A stretch of 64,000 nt of DNA, taken from NCBI GenBank assembly GCA_023920165.1, contig CP089275.1:5642001-5706000 (forward strand). The letters run 5' to 3'. The notes beneath the pieces are model-generated. The model saw only the letters and a program-made list of their open reading frames with translations, searched no databases and had not been told where the DNA came from. Both the position numbers and the translations under genes were made by a program. Shown one piece after another: positions 46,906 through 59,916 of this stretch (position 1 is its first letter; each line of letters opens with the position of its first letter). The DNA comes from Curvularia clavata (lineage: Eukaryota).

Positions 46906-48334
46906 AGAGCAGAGCTGGACAAAACAAGAGGTACTGTGGATAGCATTGGCGAACCAGAGCATAGCTGTGACGGCGGACATGGCTGCAGGTTCTCTGCGAC
47001 GCAAGCCACACGAAGAGATTAAAATATCCGTTCCTGAATCGAGAAGCCTGTAGTGTATGGATAGGCTCCGCTAGCGGCCGCGGCTGGGATTCCGTATCCA
47101 CCTCGTTATCTAGTTCCCAGCCTCGCGCAGTGTGATATCTTGTGGTACCTATGGGTGATTCTCAGCTGGGGCGCAGTGCCGAGTATCAACGCGTTGGTTC
47201 CTATAAAGCTTAACGCCACGAGTGTAGTCTCACGGCGGCGGTAGTCGTTTATCCAAAACTTTTGTCTAGCGAGGGCATGGTTGCTGGGAGCATAGCTACA
47301 CAACCTTAGCAGCAGATCCCCCACGTGGTCTAAGCGACAGCTGAGCGTGGGAGGGCGTTTGATATTTTCGGCGCCACCTAGTTGAGATGGAAACGCCACG
47401 AATGATAAGTTGAGTATGGATTGACGAAGACGAGAAGATTTTTCCTCAACCCCAGAGCCCCAGAGAGTATCCCGTATGGATTTGGCTCGACGGCAGGCGT
47501 TCGCCACCGACAAAAATTGGAACGCTGGGGAAGATTGTTGGGGAGGTGGGAGCAATGGGAAAGGCGGTCGCAAGAGGATACGTCAGATTGAGTGCAAGGG
47601 ACCCCTGCTAGCGCGGCGGCCAGAATGAGGGGCTTTTCAGTTTATCGCCATAGCTTCTACGGAATTTATTCAACAATTGTGCTTCCAGAGCTGGCCCAGA
47701 TAGTCTGTCCGTTGAGCCTATCCAACTGTGGCTACTCCAGATGGCAAAGACGGCAGGGCGGCAACCATGGCTGTGGCAAAGTATGGTCTCTGGATGCGAC
47801 AAAACACCTCAATGCTGAAGCATAGCATACACAGGCTGTGCATGGTGGGACGTCGGTGAAGGGGCGCCGAGGTGGGGACACGTCCATGTATGTATGTACG
47901 TACAGCAACATGGCTGGCAATATGTAGGTAGGTTAGCAAAACAAACAATGAATGAGCCGGAACACGCCCAATTGATAGCATTGCTCGTACACACGAGGCC
48001 TGGCGTGCCGGACATGTGGGCAGGACCCATTGGCGGCGTCGCCGTTGGCATGCAGAGATGCTACGCTCCAAACTGCCCTTCTCGTCGGCAAGGGGCGATA
48101 GTCGAGCAGACTGCAGGTATAAAAAAAACACGCCGCGCCCTCACCGTCTCTTCCCTCTTGCCCTTCCTGTTTTTGCTGTCCCCAAGGCCAAAGCTCCTTC
48201 TCCTTCTCGACTTGCCCCACGTCCAGCGCCAAGCTCGAGCCATTGTTTGCCTATAAGGACTCCACCTCCCCAGCTCCAGCTGTCCTCGACAACCCCTTTC
48301 TTGCTCACAGTCCTCACCCAATTACTCTTGCACA

Positions 48335-50481
48335 ATGGCATCTCGCGCGATTCCTGCCCACCTCAAGCCCTCCGCTGCTGAGGGCGAGGGTTTCTCTTCC
48401 CAGCGCCATCACGGCAAGTCGCAGTCCCATGTGGTAAGTACGCGTCTGCTGTCTTCTAGCAATCCCCAGTTTGCGTCCTTCTTTGGGCCTATCTCCTCCC
48501 CTGTTTCTGTCCAATGCCTTCACTGCCATCTTCACACGGCTTCACCGCCTCTCGTCCTGCATCAGCCCGCACTCCAATGCGCGCTGAAGGCGAACCAGAC
48601 GGATGCTGTGTCCATGCTGGGTTTGCAGCACCTGGTGCAAGGATGAGAGCCGACTGGCGGCTTTTTTCAAACAAAGCTGTCAGATGATGCTGTTGAAGCC
48701 GCAATGGCAGCCTCCTGGAGCCGTCTGCCCCACTCCGACTGCGTCTACGCTCGACAGCCTCACCGCGGTTGCCCTACAACACGGCAATGTCTCTCTCTAC
48801 ATTTCAACGACATTCTCTAACCTTGAATCTGCTATCTAGGCATTCGAGAACACATCTACCAATGTCGCCGCCTCGCAAATGCGCAATGCCCTCAACAAGC
48901 TCGCCGACACCGTCACCGACCCCGCCGAGAAGAAGGTCAGTCCACATTGCTCCATACTCCTGCTCGGTCCCCCCCGCTTGCCGCTTGCATCACAAGACAC
49001 AATTGGCTGGGCTTTCTTGCCCGCAGTCATGAGCTGGCTATGATACTCGGCCGCGGGGATGGAAAAGGCAGCCTCACGTCATATGGACGTAACATACTGA
49101 CTAGTGGATTCAGTACTTCGAGACTGAGATGGACAACTTCTTCGCCCTGTTCCGCCGGTACCTCAATGACAAGGCCAAGGGCACTGCCATTGACTGGAAC
49201 CGCATCGCTCCCCCCAAGGCCGAGCAGGTCGTCAACTACGATGACCTGGCCAACACCGAGGGCGTCGAGTACCTGAACAAGCTGGCTGTTGTCAAGCTCA
49301 ACGGTGGTCTCGGTACCTCGATGGGTTGCGTTGGTCCCAAGTCCGTCATTGAGGTCCGTGATGGCATGTCCTTCCTCGACCTGTCTGTCCGACAGATTGA
49401 GTACCTCAACCGCACATACGACGTCAACGTCCCCTTTGTGCTCATGAACTCGTTCAACACCGATACCGACACTGCCAGCATCATCAAGAAGTACGAGGGC
49501 CACAACATTGACATTCTCACATTCAACCAGTCGAGGTACCCCCGTATCCTCAAGGACTCGCTTCTGCCTGCTCCCAAGGAGTTCAACTCGGACATCTCCA
49601 ACTGGTACCCTCCAGGCCACGGTGACGTTTTCGAGTCTCTGTACAACACTGGCATGATTGACAAGCTCATGGAGCGTGGCATCGAGTACATCTTCCTTTC
49701 CAACGCTGACAACCTGGGCGCCGTTGTCGATCTCCGCATCCTCCAGCACATGGTCGACTCCAAGGCTGAGTATATTATGGAGTTGACCGACAAGACCAAG
49801 GCCGACGTCAAGGGTGGTACCATCATTGACTACGAGGGCTCTGTCCGTCTGCTTGAAATCGCTCAGGTGCCCAAGGAGCACGTCAACGAGTTCAAGTCGA
49901 TCAAGAAGTTCAAGTACTTCAACACCAACAACATCTGGATGAACCTGGCGGCCATCAAGCGCGTTGTCGAGGCCAACGAGCTTGCCATGGAGATCATCCC
50001 CAACGGCAAGTCGATCCCTGCTGACAAGAAGGGCGAGGCCGACATTTCTGTCCTCCAGCTCGAGACGGCTGTTGGTGCCGCCATCAAGCACTTCAAGAAC
50101 GCACACGGTGTCAATGTCCCTAGGAGGAGGTTCTTGCCCGTCAAGACCTGCTCTGACCTTATGCTGGTCAAGTCTGATCTCTACACACTGCAGCACGGCC
50201 AGCTGGTCATTGACCCCAACCGCTTCGGCCCTGCGCCTCTGATCAAGCTCGGCAGCGACTTCAAGAAGGTGTCGAGCTTCCAGGCACGCATCCCCTCGAT
50301 TCCTAAGATTGTCGAGCTGGACCATCTTACCATCACTGGTCCCGTCAACCTGGGCCGTGGTGTCACCCTCAAGGGCACTGTCATTATTGTTGCAACCGAG
50401 GGTTCCACCATCGACATCCCCCCGGGTTCCATTCTGGAGAACGTGGTTGTGCAGGGTTCGCTCAGGCTGCTCGAGCACTAG
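48335..50481 (+). CDS. UGP1: UTP-glucose-1-phosphate uridylyltransferase, 3 exons
   Basis: Exons 48335-48433, 48840-48935 and 49114-50481. Motifs '[14 protein letters not shown]', '[17 protein letters not shown]', 'WYPPGHGD' and C-terminal 'LRLLEH'. Confidence 0.96.
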
Positions 50482-51071
50482 AGCATACGGCCCGTGTTTT
50501 GTTTGCAGTTTCCAATAGATTTTTTGAGGAAAGGGAGTCGTCTCGTTTGGTAGCGAGGGACGGCAATGCATTTCCATATCCCCCTAGGCAGAAAGGATAT
50601 GTGTGGGTTAATCGGGGGAGGCGCAATAGCCACAGCCGCCAATGAATGACGCATCATGATAGATAAAATGCATATTGGCCGAGTAGAAAAATTCAATAAT
50701 AGTCTTGTTCAATCTTTACTGTTTCGTTTTCGTTGCATCGCGTCCGGACCGGGATCAAGGGAGATGTCGGCCTGGGCGTGCAGTTGTTGAAGCCCGTCGG
50801 TGCCTGATTGCTACCTCAGATTACCTCAGGCCACACGGTGCTAAGCCTTGCGGCCCTAATGCTCCCGGTGATGTCAGCACGTCACCAGCCACGCGAACGT
50901 GCCGCGAGCCCAACCATCCCACCTTGTCAGTGGTTCTGGTGCGGTGCAGAGGCGCAGCCGCCCAGTCATTTCGCCGTCACAGCGCGAGGATGCCTGCTGA
51001 TAGCTGCTGCACGTTTCTTCTGATTATAAGCAGCAGCAGCTCCCGGTGCGCCGCGCCACGTTGGTTAACTT

Positions 51072-51094
51072 CTACTATTACTACTACTACTACT
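51072..51094. repeat. (ACT)n microsatellite
   Basis: ctactattactactactactact. Confidence 0.8.
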
Positions 51095-51230
51095 GCGTTG
51101 CACGGCAGCGGGGTTCACCGCATCGCCGCCGCCTCAGCTTGCTACACAAACGTCAGCTCCGAACATTGAGCCGAGGCCTCTCACATATGCTTGAAATCAT
51201 TCATAGCCGCCACATTCACATTTGCCCACC

Positions 51231-53025
51231 ATGGCCACGGCATCCACGGAACAGGAAGAGCACGCCGCCGCCAACAAAGCAAACGTCGACGCGGCGCATC
51301 GCGAAGCATACGACTACTGGGGCTACCTATTCCAGGAAGATAAATGTGGGACTCCCAAACTGGATCGCCTGCTCAAAGGCATCGCCCAAGTCATTGTGAG
51401 TACTGCACAGCAGCTCCCTCGAGCCTGACGCGTACTGATGCCTGTTGCTACAGAGCAAGAAGTTTGAACCCAGCGACTCGCCGGACCTGACGCCCTCGCA
51501 AGTTGCAGCTTGGTATCGCAGTGTGGGCGGTGACTACGATGTCCTGTTCACAGATACACCGGCGTCGTCGATAGCATTCATATACCGTTCGCTGGGCGCA
51601 TACCACAGTCTGCAGCCCTCGCCAGATGACGATGGCTATTCGAGCCCGACGATCCCGGCTTTGAAGAAACAGGGATTTGTCACATGGCAGACGATTCAGC
51701 TGTTGCTGGGGCCAGAAGAGCATGTGCCCTTTCTCCAGCGGGCAGTGGAATTGGACGACATTCCCGACCCGGAGACGGGCGCCATCTTTCCCAAAATTCT
51801 TCCCAAGGAATGTTTTCCCGACAAGCCAGATGATGCCATGGAGGCATGGTATCACAATGTCGCTGCCAGGCTAAAGAAGGAGGCAGAAGAGGAAGCAAAC
51901 GAAGCCAGTACCGAGGAGCCTAGAGTGCGCTCTTCTACCGAGTACGAGCCTTCGTCCGCCGACGAGAAGCATGGCGCTTTCCGATATTTTGAAGATCCCC
52001 TCTATCGCAACGAGCGGCCGCGGCCTACTTTTATGCGCCATGTCATGAAGCAGTCGACCCGGCCTGTGGACGACCGAGACCGGGCAGTCACGTCGCGGGT
52101 CAGACACATGCTGAACCCGCTGAACCCATTTGCTAGCAGGAAGAAGACTATGCCAGGTCGGTACGAAAGCGACAGTTATTCAGATGAGGACGCAACACCT
52201 GTGGCGCCGGTACCCCAAGCAGCGCCCAGATATACTACTGCGCACAGGCGCCCCCAACCACCGCGCCGTGCATCTTCAGTATCAACGACCGATTCGGATT
52301 CCGACTCTGGCCCGGACCGGTCCCCTCGTCGTCGTACCCCGGCACTCGACACTCGCAGATCTCACGATGCGCCTACAGCACCGCCGGACTACTTCCCCAC
52401 TTACCACGAAGCGCGTCGATACTCAAACCAGTATGACACGGTTCGAGTAGAAGGACGGGGCTCGACAGCAACGTCACCTCAGCCGGTCTATCGGCCGACT
52501 ACATCACCACTGTTTGCGACGCAGGTGGCTCATGCTCAACAGGAAGCGCGAAAGCAATATGACCGCCGGCCTACCATGCCTCCGCGTACAAGCTACCGGC
52601 CTGTGCCTGCGCCACACAGCGGGGTGCGGTGGGGATCTCCCACATTACACCCTGGAACTGCAGCTCGAGAAAACGAACCATCGTATGTACGTGAGCGAGA
52701 ACAACATTATCGTGAACGAGAGGGATACGATGCTGGGGTTGGCAGCAGTGGGCGATCACATCGACGACACTCTACCGATGTCGAGTACCCTCGGGAGCGG
52801 GAGCGAGAGAGTGTGCGAACGCGAAGTCACGATAGGGCCAAGGACGAGTGGGATGATCGCGACTATGTGCGGTCAAGAACCAGCAGCCGAGACAGAGACA
52901 GAGACAGAGACAGAGACAGAGAGCGAGACAGACACCGGGATCCGAGGACGCACAGGTATGTGTCTGGGGTGCAAGATGGAGTGCCTGGGCGGAAGTTTCC
53001 TGTTGCCAGTGGATCTGCTTACTAA
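51231..53025 (+). CDS. Fungal hypothetical protein with a folded N-terminal domain and an R/S/D-rich disordered C-terminus
   Basis: Phase-0 intron 51396-51453 joins 'YWGYLF...LDRLLKGIAQVI' to 'SKKFEPSDSPDLTPSQVAAWY...GFVTWQTIQLLLGPEEHVPFLQ'. An (RD)n tract is encoded by (GAGACA)n near 52889-52935. Confidence 0.8.
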
Positions 53026-54530
53026 ATGGACGTGCAGTGTCCGAGGCCAGATTGTAAGGCTGCTGAAGGAGATCTGAGGTAATGGCAATGCAAGGCCGGG
53101 TAGATGTGAGATTTGGTGGCGAGCCGGGGCGATGTGGGCGGCCTAGGGGTACGACTAGCAGACTAGTCGCGGGGTTTAGTCGAGCATGTGGCTCGGGCAT
53201 GCTCAGCTCGACGCGTGCTTGTCGACCAAGGGGGATTTCTCTCGAGGCGGTCTGCAGGTGCTCGTGTAGTGTAGACATGTACAGGGAATACGGGGCGGGT
53301 GCAGGACTAATACTGGAGCGGGAATCGCGCCATCAGCAATGGTTGCTCGTCTTGTTGTAGAGAAAAAGAAACGGGAGATGCACGGCGTATGCAGTGGAAG
53401 CTGGAGGGGCTGGACTTGTCCCGCCAATGACGTTAGTTAGTTAGTCGGTGGACCCTTGGTGGGCGCCCACACACACACCAAGAGTATTTTTTTAGAGGCT
53501 CCATGTTGAAATTTACAAAGACGTGAAGACGCGACAAGCTGCGGGCTTGCTTGCAAAGACAAGGTGTGTCGTGTGTGTATTATACATTGCTTGTATATGA
53601 GGGTGGAGACGATGCCGAGCTGTGGCGGTGCTGTGCCGGGCATCTCGGCACGTGATTGGACGACGGGCCGGACCCTTGACGAGAACGCGATGTGCGGCCG
53701 GCAGCAGTATTAGCGCAATAGCGCGATAGCGTCATAGCAAGCCCATTGGAGATTGCTCGACGCCCATGCCGTCCCTCAGGGCTAGCAAACTAACTGGTCT
53801 ATCTGTCGCGGGCAATTTGTGAAGGGGAAAAACCAAGGCAGCCCAGGCCAGGCAATATCGTGTTTGCCCCGAGCCAGGCCGCTGCTCCATAGCAATGGCC
53901 GCACTGAACTGAGCCGCCGTCTCAATGACGCAGTATATTGTGGCAGTGCACATGGCCAGGGAGCTGTTCCCTTGACGAGACAAGGAGAGCACGTCCGGAT
54001 CGCCATGATCGGAGAGCAGTCCAGTGCAGCGCAGCAGATACAGTACACGACTCGTTCTCTCTTCTACGCTCCTTTTCCTGGCGACTTTCCTGCGTGCGTG
54101 TCAAGAGGACAGGTGTGCTTGCGCGTTCCCTCTCCCCTCTCCGCACCACCACCGCCAATACTAGCCCTTCCTTGTTTGTCATTTCCTTGCCGTTATCCAG
54201 CCACCGCCGGCCAATAATCTCGGCGTGTAAACTAGACTTTCCTTTAGTGCTCATCCTCTGCAGTAAACTACTGCACCATCGCTAAACCATAGCTGCCGTC
54301 GCCCGGCCCAAAGCAAGCTAATCGGCCCAGCCAACAGGTTTCCACCTCCACCTCCTCCACCACCAACAACACCACTCCTTCTCAGTCCCTCCCTCGTTTC
54401 CTTTTGTTTCCCTCGTCCACTCGCCGTTTTACCCTCTCAATTCCGCCCGCCCAACCCCCCACACTCCGATCCGCCTGCAGCTGCCCTACTGCGCCAGCGG
54501 GTTGCGGACCTCCGCTCCACATCGCCCAGT

Positions 54531-57500
54531 ATGGCTACCCAAGCGCGGGAATCCGAATTGAAGCAGCAGGGCGTGCTTGATGCCGCAAAGGACCCCGACA
54601 ATTCCATCACGGCAGACCAGGCAGAACAATCTATTGTCAAAGAGGCCCAAGCAGCCGGCAGCGCCGCCTTCCAATTCGACCCTGATGCTACCCCCGAGCA
54701 GAAGAGAGCCCAGGCTAAAGCGCGGGCCCCGCAAGGCTTCCACCGCGAGCACAAGGCCACCGCGCTTGTATCAGATACCGATGCCTCCGGCCCGGCCCAG
54801 TACGACCTGCCCACGCCTACTAAGGCTGGCGCAATACAAACACCAAACGGAGAAAAGGCCAATGGCCACGCGCCCGAACAACTCGATGAAGACGCGCGCT
54901 GGGAGCGAGTCGGATGGGCACCACGCTTCGGCATGCCAGGCTCCGACATCAACGACGACGACGAGCCCTCTCTGATTGACCACCAGACATGGCTCGAGAG
55001 CAAGCTCGAAGACAAGTTTTTCGGCGACTGGTACCACAACACCGGCATCATCATCTTTGCCTGTCTCAGCTCGTGGGTCGTAGGCATCTTGGGCGGTGGA
55101 TTGGGCTGGGTCATGATCTTCATGGCCGTCTGCGGAACCTACTACCGAACCTCAATTCGCCGCGTGCGTCGCAATGCGCGAGACGATCTCAATCGCGAGA
55201 TGGCTAAGAACAAGCTTGAGACAGACAATGAGAGTCTCGAGTGGATCAACAGCTTTCTCGTCAAGTTCTGGCCCATATATGCCCCTGTCTTGTGTGACAC
55301 CATTGTCGGCACGGTAGACCAGGTCCTCTCTACTTCGACTCCAGCCTTTCTTGACAGCCTCAAGATGAAGACGTTTGTTCTGGGTACAAAACCTCCGCGA
55401 TTGGAGCACGTCAAGACGTACCCAAAGACTCAGGATGACATTGTGCTCATGGACTGGAAGTTTAGCTTTACACCCAACGACACGACTGACCTTACTGCCA
55501 GGCAGCTCAAGAACAAAATCAATCCCAAGGTTGTGCTAGAAATTCGCGTCGGCAAGGGCCTTGTCAGCAAGGGTCTGGATGTGATTGTCGAGGACATGGC
55601 CTTTTCCGGTCTCATGCGCCTCAAGTTCAAGCTGCAGCTGCCTTTCCCCCATATTGAAAAGGTTGAAATGTCCTTCCTTGAGCGCCCAACCATTGACTAC
55701 GTCTGTAAGCCCCTGGGTGGAGAGACGTTTGGTTTCGACATCAACTTTATTCCTGGTCTGGAAACCTTCATCATGGAGCAGATCCACGCCAACCTTGGCC
55801 CCATGATGTACGACCCCAATGTTTTCCCCATTGAAATCGCAAAGATGCTTGCCGGCAACCCTGTCGACCAAGCCATTGGTGTCCTACAAGTGCATTTCCA
55901 CGGTGCTCAAGGCCTGAAGAATCCCGACAAGTTTTCTGGTACTCCTGATCCCTACGCTACTGTCTCCATTAACAACCGTAATGTACTTGGACGTACCAAG
56001 ACCGTGCATGAGAACGCCAACCCGAGGTGGAATGAGACGGTCAACATCATCGTCACTTCGCTGAAAGACTCGCTTACCATCAACATCTTTGACTACAACG
56101 ACATCCGAAAGGACAAGGAACTCGGTACTGCTACTTTTGCCCTCGAACAGCTCGAAGAAGACCCCGACCACGAGAACCTGCAGCTCGAGGTCATGTCAGG
56201 AGGACGAGCGCGCGGTCTCGTCTCAGCCGATGTTCGCTTCTTCCCAGTTTTGGGCGAGACCACTCTCGAAGACGGCACCAAAGAGCCGCCTCCAGAGTCC
56301 CGCACTGGTATTTGCAAGTTCATGGTAGAGCAGGCCAAGGATCTTGACGGCAGCAAGAGCATGATTGGACAACTCAGCCCATATGCTGTTCTGCTTCTCA
56401 ACGGACATGAAATTCAGAAGTCACGTACCATGAAGCGAACCAACCAACCCATCTGGCCAGACGCCTCCAAGGAGCTACTCATTAACGACCGTAAGAAAGC
56501 AAAGCTTGGTCTTGTTATCAAGGACGATCGCGAACTCGGATCCGACCAAATTCTCGGCACTTACCAGATTACTATCGACGACATGTTGGAGCTTATGGCC
56601 AAGGGCCATGAATGGTACAACCTCGCCGGTACACAAAGCGGCCGCGTAAAGATGAAGCTTGATTGGAAGCCCGTCGCGCTCAAGGGAGCTGCCTCTTCTG
56701 GTGGCTATCTTACACCGATTGGTGTTATGAGACTGCACTTCCAGAGCGGCCGTGACTTGCGCAACCTCGAAGCGCTGGGCAAATCTGACCCGTACGTCCG
56801 CGTCCTGCTCTCTGGTGTTGAAAAAGGCCGCACGGTCGTCTTCAAAAACAACCTCAACCCAGACTGGGACGAGGTCATTTATGTGCCTGTACACACAGTC
56901 CGCGAGAAGCTTACGCTGGAAGTCATGGATGAAGAAAATCTCGGCAAAGACCGCGCAATGGGACACATTGAGCTGCTGGCTGGCGATTACATCAAGCAAG
57001 ATGAGAATGGCGAATACCTTGAATACGAGCAGAAACAGCCTACCGCGGGAGCTTTGAGAATGGCTGGACAGTCTCAAACTAGGGGTACACTGAACTACAC
57101 ATGCTCCTTCTACCCGACTTACCCAACTTGGGATCCCGAGGAAGATGAAGAGGAAGAGGAGCACCCGAAGGCGGCAGCCAACGGCTCTGCTTCTGGTGCA
57201 TCGGATGAACCCAAGGCCAACCACCAGCGTGTCATGTCCAACTCTTCCATCGTAAGCAAGGCTGAGACCGTTGGCACAATCTCATCGCTCAAGTCCAGCG
57301 AGAAGGACATGTTGAAGGAGCTTGAGAAGAATGAGCTGCAGCAAGATGAAGCGGTTCCCGAGAAGAAGGAGATTGAAAAGTTGAAGCTTACTGCCGACGA
57401 CTTGCAGAAGTATGGTATGTTGTGTGGCCAGTGTGAGAATACGGGCTTGGGTTGCTTGGGTTGGTTATCCGAACCCGCAGCTTTATCCTTCGTATTCTTG

Positions 57501-59152
57501 TGTCTTTATATTGACTTTACTAACACGCTGCAGAATCTGGTCTGCTTGTATTCAAGCTCATCGATGGTGAATTTGCACGGACTGGCGGCTATGTCGATGT
57601 CATTATGGACGACATGGCATATGCAAGCTATGTTAGCACAAAGATCAGGACCAACAAGATGACTTTCAACGATGTCGGTGACACAATGATTCGAGAACTC
57701 GACTTTTCTAGGATCACTCTCCGCATCATGGAGCACGAAGATAAAGATGGCGATGACCATGATGACCATGTCATTGCCAAGTTGACTGGCAACACCATTG
57801 ATACGCTGCGAAAGGCCTTAGTACGTAAACAATGTTTTGTATAGAGACGCTCTCTAACCACTCTCTAGAACACGCCTACTCAATTCACATTAAAAGACAG
57901 GAATGGGCGCGACAACAAGATTACCGTGTTGCTCAAATACATTCCCGTCAAGATGCGCCTGGATCCCAGCGAATCATTCAACAACCAGGGTAGCCTCCGA
58001 GTGGATGTGCTGGACGCAGCGGATCTGCCTGCCGCTGACCGCAACGGCTTCTCTGATCCTTACTGCAAGTTTGTGCTTAACGATAAGGAGGTATACAAGA
58101 CCAAGACACAGAAGAAGACGCTCCACCCTGCTTGGAACGAGTACTTTGAGGTGCCAGTGCGAAGCAGGACGGCAGCCGACTTTGTAGTCAACGTCTACGA
58201 TTGGGACTTTGGTGACAAGGCCGACTTCCTTGGCAAAGCTTCCATCAATCTGGAACTTTTGGAGCCCTTCCAGCAACAAGAAGTTACGCTGGCGCTTGAT
58301 GGCAAGTCTGGAGCCATTCGCCTGCGTATGTTGTTCAAGCCAGACTATGTCATGCGCTCTCGCCAAGGCTCAAGTACCTTCTCGGGTACCTTTGCTGTTC
58401 CAGGCAAAGTCATTGGCGCTCCGGTAAAGGGTGTCGGCAAGGGTGCCGCGTTTGTGGGCGGTAACGTCGTTCGTGCAGGAACATTCCTCGGCCGTGGCTT
58501 CAAGCGCAGAAAGTCTCGTGGCGAAGCTCCAGATGACGAACCTGAGCGTCCAGACACCGCCACCGACCGGCCCTCGGCTGATACACCCGTCATTTCCGTT
58601 GAAGGCGGCTCCACAACGCCACCCAAAGATAGTCCCAACCACCATAGGCATCGCAGCTGGGGCGCCTCAAGCTTTCACAGCCGCTTTGGTGACGCTAACG
58701 GTTCCGGTGGCGCAGAGCAAGGCACAGCAAACATTACTGTCTTGAGTGCCGATGGCTTCGCTCCGAACACTAACATCCGCGTACACATCCAGCTCGGCAA
58801 GAAAGAGATCCACAAGACGGACCATATCAAGGCACCCCAAGGTTCTGCGGTATTCGATCCGGCTGAAGAGTCCTTCAAGGCTGCATGCACTGCCGACGCT
58901 TTTTTCAAGATTATTGTCAAGAACCATTCCAAGTTTGGTCGTGACGAGGAGCTTGGCGAGGCTCAATTTACCATCTCCGATCAGGGCAGTGGCAGCGAGC
59001 AGAATGTGGGTGTAGGCAAGGGCATGGTGACTCTTCGCACGAGTTTCCAGCCTAGCGATGCGACAAGTCAGCCGGGTAGCATCAGTCCCAGACCAAAGGA
59101 GAAGAGCCGGGGCGGTCTCTTGAGACGAGACCGGAGCACGACGCCTGCTTAG
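54531..59152 (+). CDS. Tricalbin / extended-synaptotagmin (TM hairpin, SMP domain, multiple C2 domains)
   Basis: SMP start 'ESLEWINSFLVKFW' and several C2 domains ('PDPYA', 'KSDPYVRV', 'FSDPYCKF...TLHPAWNE'). Introns 57415-57533 and 57821-57868. Confidence 0.92.
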
Positions 59153-59916
59153 GAGAGTGGGCCTCGACGTCGACTTAGTTTGAGGAGGAAAAGTGTGGGG
59201 ATATGACTGGGAGACATGGCAAAAGAGCTTTTTTTGGTTGAGCGAGCCAGTTTTTTGGGGGGTTTTGTATTAGGCAAGGCAAGATAGGACAGTCACACGG
59301 AGTACGGCGGTTTGACCTGAGGGGGAGAACCTCCCGGTCTTGATTCTGTTTTTTTCCCCTAGTAGATTTTCTTTATTCTCTTTCCGGTCTTTCTTATATC
59401 CTTGCAATTCCACTTTTCGTCTCCTTTCTTCTTCTTTTCCTTTGTCAAGGGAAATAGCGTCTCGATTGCTCATTGCAAGATGGTAGTAATCCTATGAGAG
59501 TGTGTGTACCTACACGTATGCTGTGGATGAGCGAGTGCGTATATTGTGTATCTGCGAAGTTGCTGCTATTCTATGACCTACCTTTTGAAGAAAATCAGCC
59601 CCATTCTGTCCATGTTCACCACGCGAGAACTTTTCAATTTGTCGCGACAAAGAGAGGCGAGTGTAAGAATCGGCTTTATAGTCTCAAATTCCTCCACTTG
59701 GGATTCCGTCGGTGTCTTTCCATATGTTTAGTTTCGTAGTAACGCAAATTGACAATAGGTTTAGGTACCACCTGGCACGCCCAATCCTTCAAAATGGTGC
59801 TCTCACCAGCTTAAAAACTGCGAATACATGACCACAGCAGGTGGGGGGCTTGCCTGGGTTTTGTGGTCATAACCTCGCTATACACTGCTATTTATTTTGG
59901 ATTTCAGCATTACTAT

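Noticed and set aside
49027..50577. 516-aa antisense ORF over UGP1
   Set aside because: Shadow frame caused by strong codon bias of a highly expressed gene; no recognisable motifs.
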